NCBI GenBank assembly: GCA_023389315.1
Contig: JAEWEQ010000061.1
Location: 3,811 to 67,810, forward strand
Direction: 5' to 3'
DNA length: 64,000 nt
Source: Actinomycetes bacterium
GTDB taxonomy: Bacteria > Actinomycetota > Actinomycetes > Actinomycetales > Actinomycetaceae
In this document: piece after piece, positions 1 through 11,416 of the stretch
Position numbering within the stretch: position 1 is the stretch's first letter
Layout of the letters: every line of letters begins with the position of its first letter
Notes under the pieces: model-generated
Database searches by the model: none
What the model was told of the DNA's origin: nothing
Seen by the model: the letters and a program-made list of their open reading frames with translations, nothing else
Made by a program: the position numbers and the translations under genes

Positions 1-77
1 GGGAAGCATCACGTCTAGCGGCTCCTGCGGGCCTACAACCTCTTGACATTGGCGGTAAACGCTGGCGACTGAACGCA

Positions 78-1004
78 TTATGGTCGCTCCAATCCTTCAA
101 GGTAGGAACGCAGGTCGGCTCCCAGCTCAGGGTGCTCCAAGCCGAAGGCAACTTGCGCTTGTAACCATCCCAGCTTATCGCCGGTGTCGAAGCGCCGTCC
201 TTCAATTACCACCCCGTACACGCCACCGCCTTCTTCCCTTGGCACGTCAATCAGGCGCGCGAAGGCGTCGGTGAGCTGGATTTCTCCACCTCGTCCCGGT
301 GGGAGAGTCTCTAGGATCGTCCAGATCGCGGGATCGAAAACATAGCGGCCGACAGTGGCGTATTCGGAGAGGACTTCCGCCAGCGGGGGTTTTTCCACTA
401 CTTTGTCCAGCTGTAGTACGCGCCCCGGTGCCACACTTAGCCCTGTCAACAGTCGCCGGTCCACTTCGCTTACTTCCGCTGAACCGTAAGCAGTCGCTTG
501 TTCGGGAGTGACCTTCAGCAGTGCCACCACCGAGCCGCCCAGGCGCTCGCGCACCTCGATCATAGCTTTCAAGATCGGGTCTTCGGGGTGCATCAGATCA
601 TCGGGAAGGAGCACCGCGAAGGGGTTTTCCCCCACGTGCGGGCGGGCCTGGTAGACCGCATGCCCTAGACCTTTGGGGTGCCCTTGGCGGACGGTGTGAA
701 CGCGCGCCAAGTCGCGGTAGCGGTTGATGGATTCGAGCAGTTTGGTTTTACCGGAAGATTCCAGGGCAGTTTCCAGTTCCGGGCAGGCGTCGAAGTGGTC
801 GTCAACGGCGTGCTTGGAGGCCGACGTTATGATAAGCACATCGTTAAGGTTGGCGTCAGTTGCTTCCTCCACGGTGTATTCGATAGCGGGTTTGTCCACC
901 ACTGGGAGCATTTCTTTGGGGATAGATTTGGTGGCTGGCAGGAAACGGGTGCCGCGCCCAGCGGCGGGAATTACCGCGTGTCGCACCGTTTGGTTTTTGG
1001 TCAT
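78..1004 (-). CDS. galU: UTP--glucose-1-phosphate uridylyltransferase
   Basis: ORF 78..1079 trimmed in frame to the ATG at 1002-1004. The N-terminus MTKNQTVRHAVIPAAGRGTRFLPATKSIPKEMLPV is the GalU-type nucleotide-binding loop. Full-length resemblance to bacterial GalU. Confidence 0.9.
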   Translation of the reverse strand: MTKNQTVRHAVIPAAGRGTRFLPATKSIPKEMLPVVDKPAIEYTVEEATDANLNDVLIITSASKHAVDDHFDACPELETALESSGKTKLLESINRYRDLARVHTVRQGHPKGLGHAVYQARPHVGENPFAVLLPDDLMHPEDPILKAMIEVRERLGGSVVALLKVTPEQATAYGSAEVSEVDRRLLTGLSVAPGRVLQLDKVVEKPPLAEVLSEYATVGRYVFDPAIWTILETLPPGRGGEIQLTDAFARLIDVPREEGGGVYGVVIEGRRFDTGDKLGWLQAQVAFGLEHPELGADLRSYLEGLERP

Positions 1005-1088
1005 GATCCTAAGCCTAGCCCAGAAAGCGTGTGCTACTAAAAGCCCGGGGCGCAGGATTTTCCGCTTCCCACGTGCCACAATGGCCCC

Positions 1089-1685
1089 ATGACCTCGCCC
1101 TCCTCCCCCCTCCCCGCCGCCCCCTCCTCGGGAGCGTCCAAGGCACAGTGGCGCCAGTTTCTGCGCACTTCCATGCGCGAGGACGGTCCCGCCCTCGTCA
1201 GTGAAGTGGCCTTGGCAACGTTCTCGGGTCAGTTGCAGCCCGCGGCGAATGTGGTGTCATTTTGCCCGCTGCCCCATGAACTAAACGTCAGTATTTTCAA
1301 CGCCTTGGCGCGTGAGCGCGCCGCCCGCGTGTGGGTGCCGCTGGGGAATAAGGTGCCAGCGGGGGTGGCGGTCACTGATCTGCCGGTGGGGTTTCGCCCG
1401 CACGGTGAGCCACACGGTTGGCGCCGGGGCGAAGGATTGGGCCAACTGCAACCGGCGCTGGTACTGATACCGGCGCTGGCAGTAGATGGGCGCGGCGTGC
1501 GGCTGGGGCAAGGTGGCGGCTGGTATGACCGGGCGCTGAGTGAGTTGGCCGAGGACGTGCCGGTGGTGGGGTGCGTGCCGCAGTCCCGGTTCTTGCGCAC
1601 TACGGCACTTCCGGTGGAGCCACACGATATCCGGGTGCAGGCGGTGGCCACCGAAACCGGGTATTGGGAACTGCCGCTGGAGTAG
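1089..1685 (+). CDS. 5-formyltetrahydrofolate cyclo-ligase (MTHFS family)
   Basis: The block LVLIPALAVDGRGVRLGQGGGWYDRAL matches the conserved C-terminal motif of the 5-FTHF cyclo-ligase family. The gene is divergent from galU, as in mycobacteria. Confidence 0.8.
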   Translation: MTSPSSPLPAAPSSGASKAQWRQFLRTSMREDGPALVSEVALATFSGQLQPAANVVSFCPLPHELNVSIFNALARERAARVWVPLGNKVPAGVAVTDLPVGFRPHGEPHGWRRGEGLGQLQPALVLIPALAVDGRGVRLGQGGGWYDRALSELAEDVPVVGCVPQSRFLRTTALPVEPHDIRVQAVATETGYWELPLE

Positions 1686-1867
1686 GGGAAACCGCCGGGT
1701 GACCTGCCGGCACCGGCGCACTGCTGCAAAGCGGGCTAGTCGTGCTGCGCTGGTATGCCCCCAGAGCGCGCCACCGGGCTTAACCTACTTTTCCACAGAT
1801 CCTCGCTGTCCACTACCGACAATAGGTGGCCCGGCGCGTACTCGCACAGACCGCGCACACTGAGCGC

Positions 1868-2512
1868 ATGAATGCTTTACCTGACCTGCTCACGCGCCTG
1901 CGCCGCTTCCTCACCCGCCACAGTGTCACGGTCGCCACCGTTGCAGCCTTCGTTACCGCCCTCGCCCTCATTGGAGCGTGGCGGCCCAGCCCATCCACCG
2001 CGGTAGTATCGGTTAACCAACCGCTCACTGCCGGACAGATAATACTCAGCGACGACCTTGAGACCATAGCGTTCACTGGCAAAGTGCCAGACGACGCGGT
2101 GCGCGACCCCGGCGCGGCCGTGGGACAGCGACTGCGCGTGAAAGCACTACCCGGAGTGCCACTGCGAGCCGCCTATTTCTCTAACCTCTCCCAAACCGAA
2201 CCAGGTCGCCAGACCATGCTGTTGGAGGTAGAGCCGGCGCTAGCTGCGGTGTTGGCGCCCGGTGACCGGGTGGACGTATACCAAAATTGTGGCGCCGCCC
2301 CACTAACGCAAGACAGCGCCACCCCTTGCGCAGCCACTGTCCTCGCCCAAGGAGTAGAGGTAATGCAAGTGCAAAAAGACGGAGGATCGCAGTGGACCTC
2401 CCCACATTCGACAAACCTAACTATTAAAGCTGGCGCGGAACAGATTAAGGTTTTAGCCGGTGTGAGTGATACTAGATCACTCACCATCGCAAGAGTTGAA
2501 GACAATGAGTGA
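1868..2512 (+). CDS. SAF/CpaB-N-like domain membrane-anchored protein
   Basis: ORF 1826..2512 with the start moved to the in-frame ATG at 1868. It has an N-terminal TM helix (VTVATVAAFVTALALIGAW) followed by a beta-rich segment (VVSVNQPLTAGQIILSDDLE). This resembles SAF-domain proteins often found upstream of mscL in Actinobacteria. The family call is from memory only. Confidence 0.5.
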   Translation: MNALPDLLTRLRRFLTRHSVTVATVAAFVTALALIGAWRPSPSTAVVSVNQPLTAGQIILSDDLETIAFTGKVPDDAVRDPGAAVGQRLRVKALPGVPLRAAYFSNLSQTEPGRQTMLLEVEPALAAVLAPGDRVDVYQNCGAAPLTQDSATPCAATVLAQGVEVMQVQKDGGSQWTSPHSTNLTIKAGAEQIKVLAGVSDTRSLTIARVEDNE

Positions 2513-2541
2513 CCCTCAGTACCTAAAACCCGGAGGATACC

Positions 2542-2955
2542 TTGATCAAAGGCTTCAAAGAATTCATCTCCCGCGGCAATGCCATCGACCTGGCGGTCGG
2601 CATGGTCATGGGTGCGGCTTTCACCCTGGTGGTCACCTCGCTGGTTGACAAGGTAATCAACCCGCTGATCGGTGGCCTGATCGGTGGAAAGAACTTCGAT
2701 CACGTCATGGAGTTCACCATTGGCAGCGGCGAACAGGCCGCCGTGGTGCAGCCCGGCGCCGTCATCACCGCCGTGGTGAACTTCCTGCTGGTGGCGCTGG
2801 CACTGTACATCTTCGTGGTTACCCCGATGAACGCGTGGGCCAAGCGCACCGCCGTGGAAGAGACCGGACAGGAAGAAGCTCCCGCCGCTGACATCAAGCT
2901 GCTCACTGAGATCCGCGACCTGCTGGCCAAGCAGGACCACACCCCGCAGCTGTAG
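2542..2955 (+). CDS. mscL: large-conductance mechanosensitive channel
   Basis: TTG start at 2542, preceded by GGAGGA at 2532-2537. MIKGFKEFISRGNAIDLAVGMVMGAAF is the canonical MscL N-terminus/TM1. Length is 137 aa. Confidence 0.95.
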   Translation: MIKGFKEFISRGNAIDLAVGMVMGAAFTLVVTSLVDKVINPLIGGLIGGKNFDHVMEFTIGSGEQAAVVQPGAVITAVVNFLLVALALYIFVVTPMNAWAKRTAVEETGQEEAPAADIKLLTEIRDLLAKQDHTPQL

Positions 2956-2979
2956 TTCTCAGCGCATGAACAGACCACC

Positions 2980-3020
2980 GCAAAGGCCCCATGCTTCGGC
3001 ACGGGGCCTTCGCTTATCTG
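2980..3020 (+). terminator. hairpin terminator after mscL
   Basis: Arms GCAAAGGCCCC (2980-2990) and GGGGCCTTCGC (3003-3013) pair with one mismatch. The hairpin lies 25 nt after the mscL stop and is followed by TTATCT. Confidence 0.5.
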
Positions 3021-3023
3021 CGG

Positions 3024-3269
3024 CTACCAGTGCGGGGGGACTTCGGCGCGCAACTGCCGGTCGCGCGCACTCTCCCCTTTCGGTTCAACCTCCGGGCGGG
3101 GATCTACTTCCAGCTGGCGTACCTGGTCCCAAGCGGGCAGCCCACCGCGTTCCACCGCCTCAGCGTCCACCCGCGATAGGCGCACTGCGGCGCGCCGGCG
3201 CCCCCGGGACTTACCTGCGCCCGCCGCCGCCCCGTTCTCCGCCGGGCCGCTCACGGCTGGTGCGCTCAC
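3024..3269 (-). CDS. candidate small protein (81 codons), translationally coupled to upstream giant gene
   Basis: The GTG start at 3267-3269 overlaps the TGA stop (3266-3268) of the 1436-aa gene, a GTGA arrangement. Third-codon positions are mostly G/C. I recognise no homolog. Confidence 0.25.
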   Translation of the reverse strand: MSAPAVSGPAENGAAAGAGKSRGRRRAAVRLSRVDAEAVERGGLPAWDQVRQLEVDPRPEVEPKGESARDRQLRAEVPPHW

Positions 3270-6200
3270 TGTTGCGTGGTGCGGCGCGCTACGTTACGCA
3301 GCACCGCCTCCACCTGCGCACCGCGACGGGTCAAGCCCAGTTCAGTTTGCAACTGTTCCACCATCTGGCTTTCGTTCCGCTCCACCCCATCGGAGCGGAT
3401 CCAGCGGGCCATCTCATCAAGCTGGTCATCACTGTAGGCCGCCAGCGGCAAACCGGTGGCGATCTGCGGGCGAGGCCCGCGCACCTGCCCCGGATCCTGC
3501 CACACGCTCTCCCCGCGCACCTGTACTTCTTCACCGTGAATATCGGTATCACCGACACCGCGCTGCCAGCGCTGCGCTTCGGTCTCCAACGGAGCCGAAC
3601 CGTCCTCGTCCGACTCGCCTGCCTCACCATCGTCACTAGTTAGCGAGGGCGAGGGCGCCGACCCAGCGTCAGTGTCGTCGTCGTTGTCCACGTTCGCGTC
3701 CGTCTCACCGGAATCGGCCTCCCCCTGCGCGGGAGCGTCACTGGCTTCGCCAGCGGCGGGAGCGTCCTCGCTAATGGAATCGTAGTAGCGCTGCTCAATG
3801 GCGGCTGCCAACTGTGGATCCTGGGCGCAGCGTTCATCCACCGCATCCAGCACCAGCTCCACGATGTCGTCAGCTTCCTTCTGCGGGTCGATGAACACCG
3901 CCATGGAAAGCTCGGTGCGGGTCTTCCACCCCAAGGACTCCAACATGGCCGGCCAGTGGCGATCCCGGCGACGCAGGGAAGGTTCGGACACGTACTCGTC
4001 ATTGTCGGTCAAGATCGCCACCAGTAGTTCGCCGGGCAACTCCGGGTGTCCGATGGCCAGCGGGATACGCATGCCACCTTCCACCCCGACGTTGGCGATC
4101 ACGTTCAGGCCGGTGTTGAAAAGCCTGTCCGCCAAGTCGATCAGCAGCTGGTGGGGGCGGGCCTCCGTGGTGGGCCAAGTCCCTGCCGGCGCGTCATGGT
4201 CGTTGGCTTCGGCCTCCGCCAGCAGGTCCAGCAGCATTTGCGGGCCCGTGCCGGTGAAGCGGTCACGATCGAAGTCCCCCGGATGCACGCAAGAAACCAC
4301 CGTGACGTCACCGCGAGCGGTAGCCAATATCTGCGCCAAGATGTCCCCACCCTGGGAGGTAGAGATGGGCCCGAAGTTATGCATCGCGCGCCCGTGCGGG
4401 GTCTTAGCAAAGCCCACCGACAAGATCACGTGGTCGCGTTGGCTGCGGGAAAGCTCTCGGGGGGACACCACCGTGAAGGCCTCTGCCCGGTCAGCGGTGA
4501 AGAACTCCTCCAAGGCTGGGGATTGGTGCACCACGGCCCGCAACTGGTCTTTAATGTGCTGGGCGTGCAGTTCGTTTAGGCACGCCACCGCCAAGGACTC
4601 CTCCGGACGGGTGAGGGCGTGTTCCACCACCAGGTCAACTACCGCTTCAACTTCCGCCACGGTGGACTCCACTGCGGCCGCGCCGGGAGCGGGCATGCCG
4701 CGCCCATCGGCGTAGTGAATCGCCAGTTTGGAGCGCGACCGCGGGGCCGGTACCGCGGCCCCAGCGTGCGCCAGGCGGTAGGTGGAGAACAGGTTCCCGA
4801 TGTAGTCATTGACTCGCATCATGGTGGGAGTGATCTTAAAGGTGGGCAGCACCTGGTTGATGGCGCTGGCGATTTCGTCATCGCTGCCACTGTCGTAGGT
4901 GACTACCACTTGGCGTCCGCGAGCCAGTAGCGGCGCCAACTGGCCCCACAGCAGGGAGTCGGCGCGGTCCACTACCACCAGGTCGAAGCGCTCCCCCACC
5001 GGGGCGATCCGCGGCACCATGGTGGGCACCGTGATGGTGATGGGCAGCAGCTGGCGAACCAGCGGGCAGGAGCGGTAGAAGTCCAGTGCCTCCCCTTGTA
5101 GCGGTCCGCGTTCGGCGACTTGCTGCAGGCGTTGTAGCTTGCCTTGCAGTTTGCGTTCTTCGTCGTAGTGGCGGGCCCGCACGTCAGCCAGTTGGCGGCG
5201 CACCGCGTCGGCGGTGAGGGCGGCCAGGCTTTCCACGTGGGCGGCGTCGAGGGCGCGGAATTCGCGGATCAGTTCTTGCAGTGAGGACGGGTCGAACCCA
5301 CCCAGGCTGGGTTCTTCCGACAGCATTACGCCGAGGGCGGAGGCCCACCACGCCAGGTCTAGTTCCTTTTCCACCAGCGAGGTGGGTACATTGCGTTGAC
5401 GCAGGTCCTTAACCAGGGCGTCTAGCCCGAAACGGTGCAGGGTCTTTAGCACGTCAATGCGTTGGGGCAGGTGGGAGGCGCCCGCGTGGTCGTGGTTGAG
5501 GCGCTCCATGATGCGCGCCAACTCCGCCATGTCGAGCTTCGCCAGGTTCCCGTACGCGGTACCCAGGTGCGGGTTGAGCTTATTGAGGCTCTCTCGCACC
5601 CCTTGGGCGTGCTGGATCATTTCATCTAGGTTGACCGGTAGTTTCGGCCACCCACCGGCCTCGCAATGGCGGCGCCACACTTCGCGCTGTTTTTGGACGG
5701 TGCGCAGCTCTTCGTGTAGGTCCTCTACGTGGCGGCCGGGGCGCACTAGGTCTTTGGCCTGTTTGGTGAGGCGGTTGCGGGTGGCGCGTTTCATCTCCAC
5801 CCCGTTTTCGCGTCGCCACTGCTTCGAAGCGGTGGCGATCACCATGTCCGCGGGGGAACGTTCGAAGATAGCTGGCTGGAACACGTCCAAGGCTTCGCGA
5901 ACGCCCTCGAGCATGTGGAGTTGTTCTTCCCACTGCGCGAAGGTGTGGGCCGGATCCAACCCGGTTTGCCCGGCGGTGGTGGTCATCTGGATACGCAGCT
6001 TTTCCAGGTCAGAAGTAGCCAGCTTCTCCACCTGCGCCACCACCGGCCGCACCTGTTCGGGAGAGGATATCACCACTCCGAACCAGGGGTCTTGCATGCC
6101 CGAGCGGGAGAACATTCCCGCTTCGGACGCCAGTCGCAGCGCGGTCTTGGCTTCATCATCGCGGTCTTGGGAAAGCCGGGTCAAAGTCTGGGCGTTGAAG

Positions 6201-7576
6201 CGAATCTTGGTGCGCGGACCGGGGCGGGCGGTAGTGAGGTCGGTCAGTACCTGCAGTGCGTCGTAGGGGCTAACTCCCCACGGGTCGAAACGCTGGTGCA
6301 GTTTTTCAATGTGTGCCGACAGGGCCTGGCGTACTCGCCGCAGCTGGGTGCGGGTAACTTCAATTTGTTCACGGTCAGAAAACAGCCGGTTATCGTCCAG
6401 CGCCACGCTGACGGCATCCACCAAGCTGGCGTAGGAGCGGCTGGAGCCGTCCAGGCGGGCAGCCAGATGCGCCAGGCCGGCACCCTTGAGTTCTTTCCAC
6501 ACCGGGGTGCAGCGTTCCTTGGTGGAGCCAACGTATAGCACCCGCTTGTGGTTCTTCACAGCATCAGCCATGAGCGAGGCGATGGTGGCCGCCGGATTGG
6601 CTCCCCCACTCACATCTAGAGCCAGGTCGAAACCGTTGGCCACGGCCTCGATTTGATCCAACTGTTCTGGCAGTTGGTTCCCGATGCCGCGTTCGCGCCA
6701 CGGGTCGCGGTCTGCCGGGTCGGGGGCGGGAAGCTCGCGCTCTAGGGTTTTCACCGACTGTTCATCCCCGGCGAAAGCGCGCACCACTTTGGAGGCCAGC
6801 ATGGCGTTGATTTCGTCCAGGTCGGCGATCAGATCTTGCGCGGGGTGCAGGAACTGCCCCGCTTCTACCGTGTCGTTAACGTCGTAAGCGGGATCGATTT
6901 CGCGCAGCAGGCGGCGCACCCGGCCCAGCGCGGAAGCGGGGCTGAAGACCGATCCTTGGCGGGTGCTGTCCACAATGCTTTCTTCATCGAAACTGCGTCC
7001 GGCTTCTTCGAAGATTTGCCGCAGCCCGGGTGCCACCACAATGGCGTTGCCCAGTTGCACGAAGATGTCATCGCCGCGTTCGGTGAAGCGGATTTCGCGC
7101 AGCAGCACCGGGGTGATGGCGTTATCGGGCCCGGGGCCGTTGATGACGGTGCCGATCGCCAGGTGGGTGTCAGCGGCTTCCCCCGCGGTGGAAGACTGCA
7201 GGTGTTCCATCAGGGAGCGGGCGGTTTCGTGGGCGCGCACGCAAGCACGCGGTTCGCGCACCAGGGAGGTGAGCAGGGTGGGGCGCTGGGCGTAGAGCTG
7301 GGCGGTGCCGCCAGGGTGGGCGTAGGTCAGGTCCAGCCGGGGACAGTGTTCAGCGTCGAGGGCGGCGTCAGTGTATTCGCGTAGCTGATCGCGCCAGCGT
7401 CGAATGGTGGCAGTGAGTTGGTTTTCGGTGGCCGCATCGGTGCCACTTTGGGTGCTGGTAGCACCGGGGTCGGCGGCTGCCTGCGGGGTCGCTTTGGCGC
7501 CCTCGGCGGCGGAGTCGTCACGAGGCTGCTTTGAACGGGAGAAAAAACCTGATACCACGTTCACCAGCGTAGCCAC
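3266..7576 (-). CDS. DUF4011 / SF1 helicase-like (AAA_11-AAA_12) / REase-like / DUF3320-like giant protein, catalytic motifs apparently degenerate
   Basis: 1436-aa uninterrupted ORF with a GTG start. The block order matches the Upf1/DNA2-like SF1 family. FDLVVVDRADSL sits at motif II. SQRDHVILSVGFAKTPHGRAMHNFGPISTSQGGDILAQILATARGDVTVVS sits at motifs V-VI. LLVAILTDNDEYVSEPSLRRRDRHWPAMLESLGWKT resembles the MTES_1575-type nuclease core. The C-terminal LPLAAYSDDQLDEMARWIRSDGVERNESQMVEQLQTELGLTRRG resembles DUF3320. Confidence 0.7.
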   Translation of the reverse strand: MATLVNVVSGFFSRSKQPRDDSAAEGAKATPQAAADPGATSTQSGTDAATENQLTATIRRWRDQLREYTDAALDAEHCPRLDLTYAHPGGTAQLYAQRPTLLTSLVREPRACVRAHETARSLMEHLQSSTAGEAADTHLAIGTVINGPGPDNAITPVLLREIRFTERGDDIFVQLGNAIVVAPGLRQIFEEAGRSFDEESIVDSTRQGSVFSPASALGRVRRLLREIDPAYDVNDTVEAGQFLHPAQDLIADLDEINAMLASKVVRAFAGDEQSVKTLERELPAPDPADRDPWRERGIGNQLPEQLDQIEAVANGFDLALDVSGGANPAATIASLMADAVKNHKRVLYVGSTKERCTPVWKELKGAGLAHLAARLDGSSRSYASLVDAVSVALDDNRLFSDREQIEVTRTQLRRVRQALSAHIEKLHQRFDPWGVSPYDALQVLTDLTTARPGPRTKIRFNAQTLTRLSQDRDDEAKTALRLASEAGMFSRSGMQDPWFGVVISSPEQVRPVVAQVEKLATSDLEKLRIQMTTTAGQTGLDPAHTFAQWEEQLHMLEGVREALDVFQPAIFERSPADMVIATASKQWRRENGVEMKRATRNRLTKQAKDLVRPGRHVEDLHEELRTVQKQREVWRRHCEAGGWPKLPVNLDEMIQHAQGVRESLNKLNPHLGTAYGNLAKLDMAELARIMERLNHDHAGASHLPQRIDVLKTLHRFGLDALVKDLRQRNVPTSLVEKELDLAWWASALGVMLSEEPSLGGFDPSSLQELIREFRALDAAHVESLAALTADAVRRQLADVRARHYDEERKLQGKLQRLQQVAERGPLQGEALDFYRSCPLVRQLLPITITVPTMVPRIAPVGERFDLVVVDRADSLLWGQLAPLLARGRQVVVTYDSGSDDEIASAINQVLPTFKITPTMMRVNDYIGNLFSTYRLAHAGAAVPAPRSRSKLAIHYADGRGMPAPGAAAVESTVAEVEAVVDLVVEHALTRPEESLAVACLNELHAQHIKDQLRAVVHQSPALEEFFTADRAEAFTVVSPRELSRSQRDHVILSVGFAKTPHGRAMHNFGPISTSQGGDILAQILATARGDVTVVSCVHPGDFDRDRFTGTGPQMLLDLLAEAEANDHDAPAGTWPTTEARPHQLLIDLADRLFNTGLNVIANVGVEGGMRIPLAIGHPELPGELLVAILTDNDEYVSEPSLRRRDRHWPAMLESLGWKTRTELSMAVFIDPQKEADDIVELVLDAVDERCAQDPQLAAAIEQRYYDSISEDAPAAGEASDAPAQGEADSGETDANVDNDDDTDAGSAPSPSLTSDDGEAGESDEDGSAPLETEAQRWQRGVGDTDIHGEEVQVRGESVWQDPGQVRGPRPQIATGLPLAAYSDDQLDEMARWIRSDGVERNESQMVEQLQTELGLTRRGAQVEAVLRNVARRTTQQ

Positions 7577-7726
7577 CCGGGTGGTTAGTTGCGGTTAGGC
7601 GCGGCGGATGAGGGGGAATTTTGGTGGTTTCACAACCCCAACCAGGTTATCTCGACGTTAAGAGACTCGATTTTGAGATATCTGCGACGTTTGCCTGACT
7701 ACAGCGACCTAACTTCGGTATCGTAA

Positions 7727-9988
<2,262 letters not shown>

Positions 9989-10006
9989 CTAGACGGTTCG
10001 ACTAAC

Positions 10007-10046
10007 GAAGGGGGCCGGGACAGTGACAACTGTCCCGGCCCCCTTC
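10007..10046. terminator. bidirectional hairpin terminator between convergent icd and deacetylase genes
   Basis: Perfect 17-bp stem: GAAGGGGGCCGGGACAG (10007-10023) and CTGTCCCGGCCCCCTTC (10030-10046), with loop TGACAA. Confidence 0.7.
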
Positions 10047-10140
10047 GTGTGCGCTGGCCTGTTACCCCCCGAGTTGTTGGTGGAGCGCGGGTGACATTAT
10101 CGACCGCCCCGACCTACCAGGTGCCCGCACACCTGCGGCC

Positions 10141-11022
10141 TCACCCGCCGAAAGGCTGGCGCTGGCGGAAGTCGGCGGCCACGTCCTCGAAAGTGCACCA
10201 CTGCACCCCGGGGTAGCGGTCGATGTGGTCGAAGACGCGCTCCAACATCATCAGCACCTGCGGGCGTCCGGAAACGTCGGGGTGGATGGTGAAGGGGAAG
10301 ACCGCGTAGTCCATCTCGCGGTATACCCAGTCGAACTGGTCGGTCCACAGCTTCTCAATCACTTGCGGAGCGACGAAGCCGTGGGAGTTTGGGTACTTCT
10401 TGATGTACATCATGGGCGGGAGGTCATCGACGTACCAGTTCGCAGCAATCTCCACCAGGTCCACTTCTTTGCCATGCACCAGCGGCTTCATCCAGTCTTT
10501 GGCGGGCTTGTCGTAGTCCACGTTGGTCCATGAATCCCCCACCCGCGCGTAAAACGGGGTGAAGTCGTTGTAGGACTGGGAGTTGTCGTAGCTAAAGCCG
10601 TTATCAAGCAGCAGTTGCGCCGTGTAAGCACTCATCTCCCACCAGGGGGCAACGTAGCCCACCGGTTTCTTGCCGGTGAGTTTTTCCGACATCTCCATGC
10701 AGTAACCCAGCACGTCGGCTTCTTGCTGCTGGCTCATGGCGACCGGGTTCTCATGCGAATACCCGTGCAGCCCGATTTCGAAACCAGCGGCCACCACTTC
10801 TTCGGTTTGTTTGGGGAACGTCTCCATGGAGTGGCCGGGGATGAACCAGGTGGCGGGGAGGTTGCGTCGCTGCAGGAGTTTGCTCAGACGCGGCATCCCC
10901 ACTTCCCCGGCGAACACCCCGCGTTGGATGTCGTTGGGGGATTCTTGCCCTTCGTAGGAGCCGAGCCAACCGGCTACTGCGTCTACGTGTACGCCGATGC
11001 AGACCTTGATTTCTTTAGCCAT
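10141..11022 (-). CDS. polysaccharide deacetylase (CE4) family protein
   Basis: ORF 10141..11133 trimmed to the ATG at 11020-11022 ([18 protein letters not shown]). The motifs [12 protein letters not shown] and [10 protein letters not shown] are typical of the NodB/CE4 fold. Confidence 0.8.
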   Translation of the reverse strand: MAKEIKVCIGVHVDAVAGWLGSYEGQESPNDIQRGVFAGEVGMPRLSKLLQRRNLPATWFIPGHSMETFPKQTEEVVAAGFEIGLHGYSHENPVAMSQQQEADVLGYCMEMSEKLTGKKPVGYVAPWWEMSAYTAQLLLDNGFSYDNSQSYNDFTPFYARVGDSWTNVDYDKPAKDWMKPLVHGKEVDLVEIAANWYVDDLPPMMYIKKYPNSHGFVAPQVIEKLWTDQFDWVYREMDYAVFPFTIHPDVSGRPQVLMMLERVFDHIDRYPGVQWCTFEDVAADFRQRQPFGG

Positions 11023-11164
11023 GATGTGCCTTTCTATGGATGCCAAAGCTACCGCGTTGCAGTCACTGGCATTGCGGGTTTTAAAGCGCGGTGCGGGTGG
11101 TGAGGGTAGGCCAGGTGGTGGCGCTACCGGCACGTACGGTGCACCGTATGGGGATTAGATGGTG

Positions 11165-11237
11165 TGCCCCCGAGACGATTCGAACGTCCGACACCCGCTT
11201 TAGGAGAGCGGTGCTCTATCCCCTGAGCTACGAGGGC
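11165..11237 (-). tRNA. tRNA-Arg (anticodon CCT)
   Basis: Hand-folded 73-nt cloverleaf. Acceptor stem GCCCUCG/CGGGGGC, D stem GCUC/GAGC, anticodon stem CCGCU/AGCGG with loop CUCCUAA, T stem GGACG/CGUCU with loop UUCGAAU, discriminator A. CCA is not encoded. Confidence 0.95.
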
Positions 11238-11356
11238 GTTAGGTGCCACTATCTTATCAGTTCTGCGGTGCCGGACTGACCGCCGCCCAAGGGGAAGAAA
11301 ACGGCCAGTCGGGTGGGGTGGGAGGCACCCGGTGGGGCACCGTCCTCGCAAATGTC

Positions 11357-11392
11357 AGCGGGCGGGCGCAGCTACTGCCACGCCCGCCCGCT
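11357..11392 (-). terminator. hairpin terminator after universal stress protein gene
   Basis: Perfect 12-bp stem: AGCGGGCGGGCG (11357-11368) and CGCCCGCCCGCT (11381-11392). On the minus strand it is followed by GACATTTGCG. Confidence 0.55.
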
Positions 11393-11416
11393 CACTATCT
11401 AACCAGCGTCAACGAA

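Noticed and set aside
2966-3643. 225-aa plus-strand ORF spanning the mscL terminator and the 3' end of the giant gene
   Set aside because: It crosses a terminator hairpin and is antisense to the conserved DUF3320-like tail. The translation is Arg/Pro/Ala-rich.
11023-11416. tRNA-Arg as a possible genomic-island integration site
   Set aside because: No integrase, no duplicated tRNA 3' segment and no compositional shift occur on either side. The neighbours are an ordinary CE4 deacetylase and a Usp gene.
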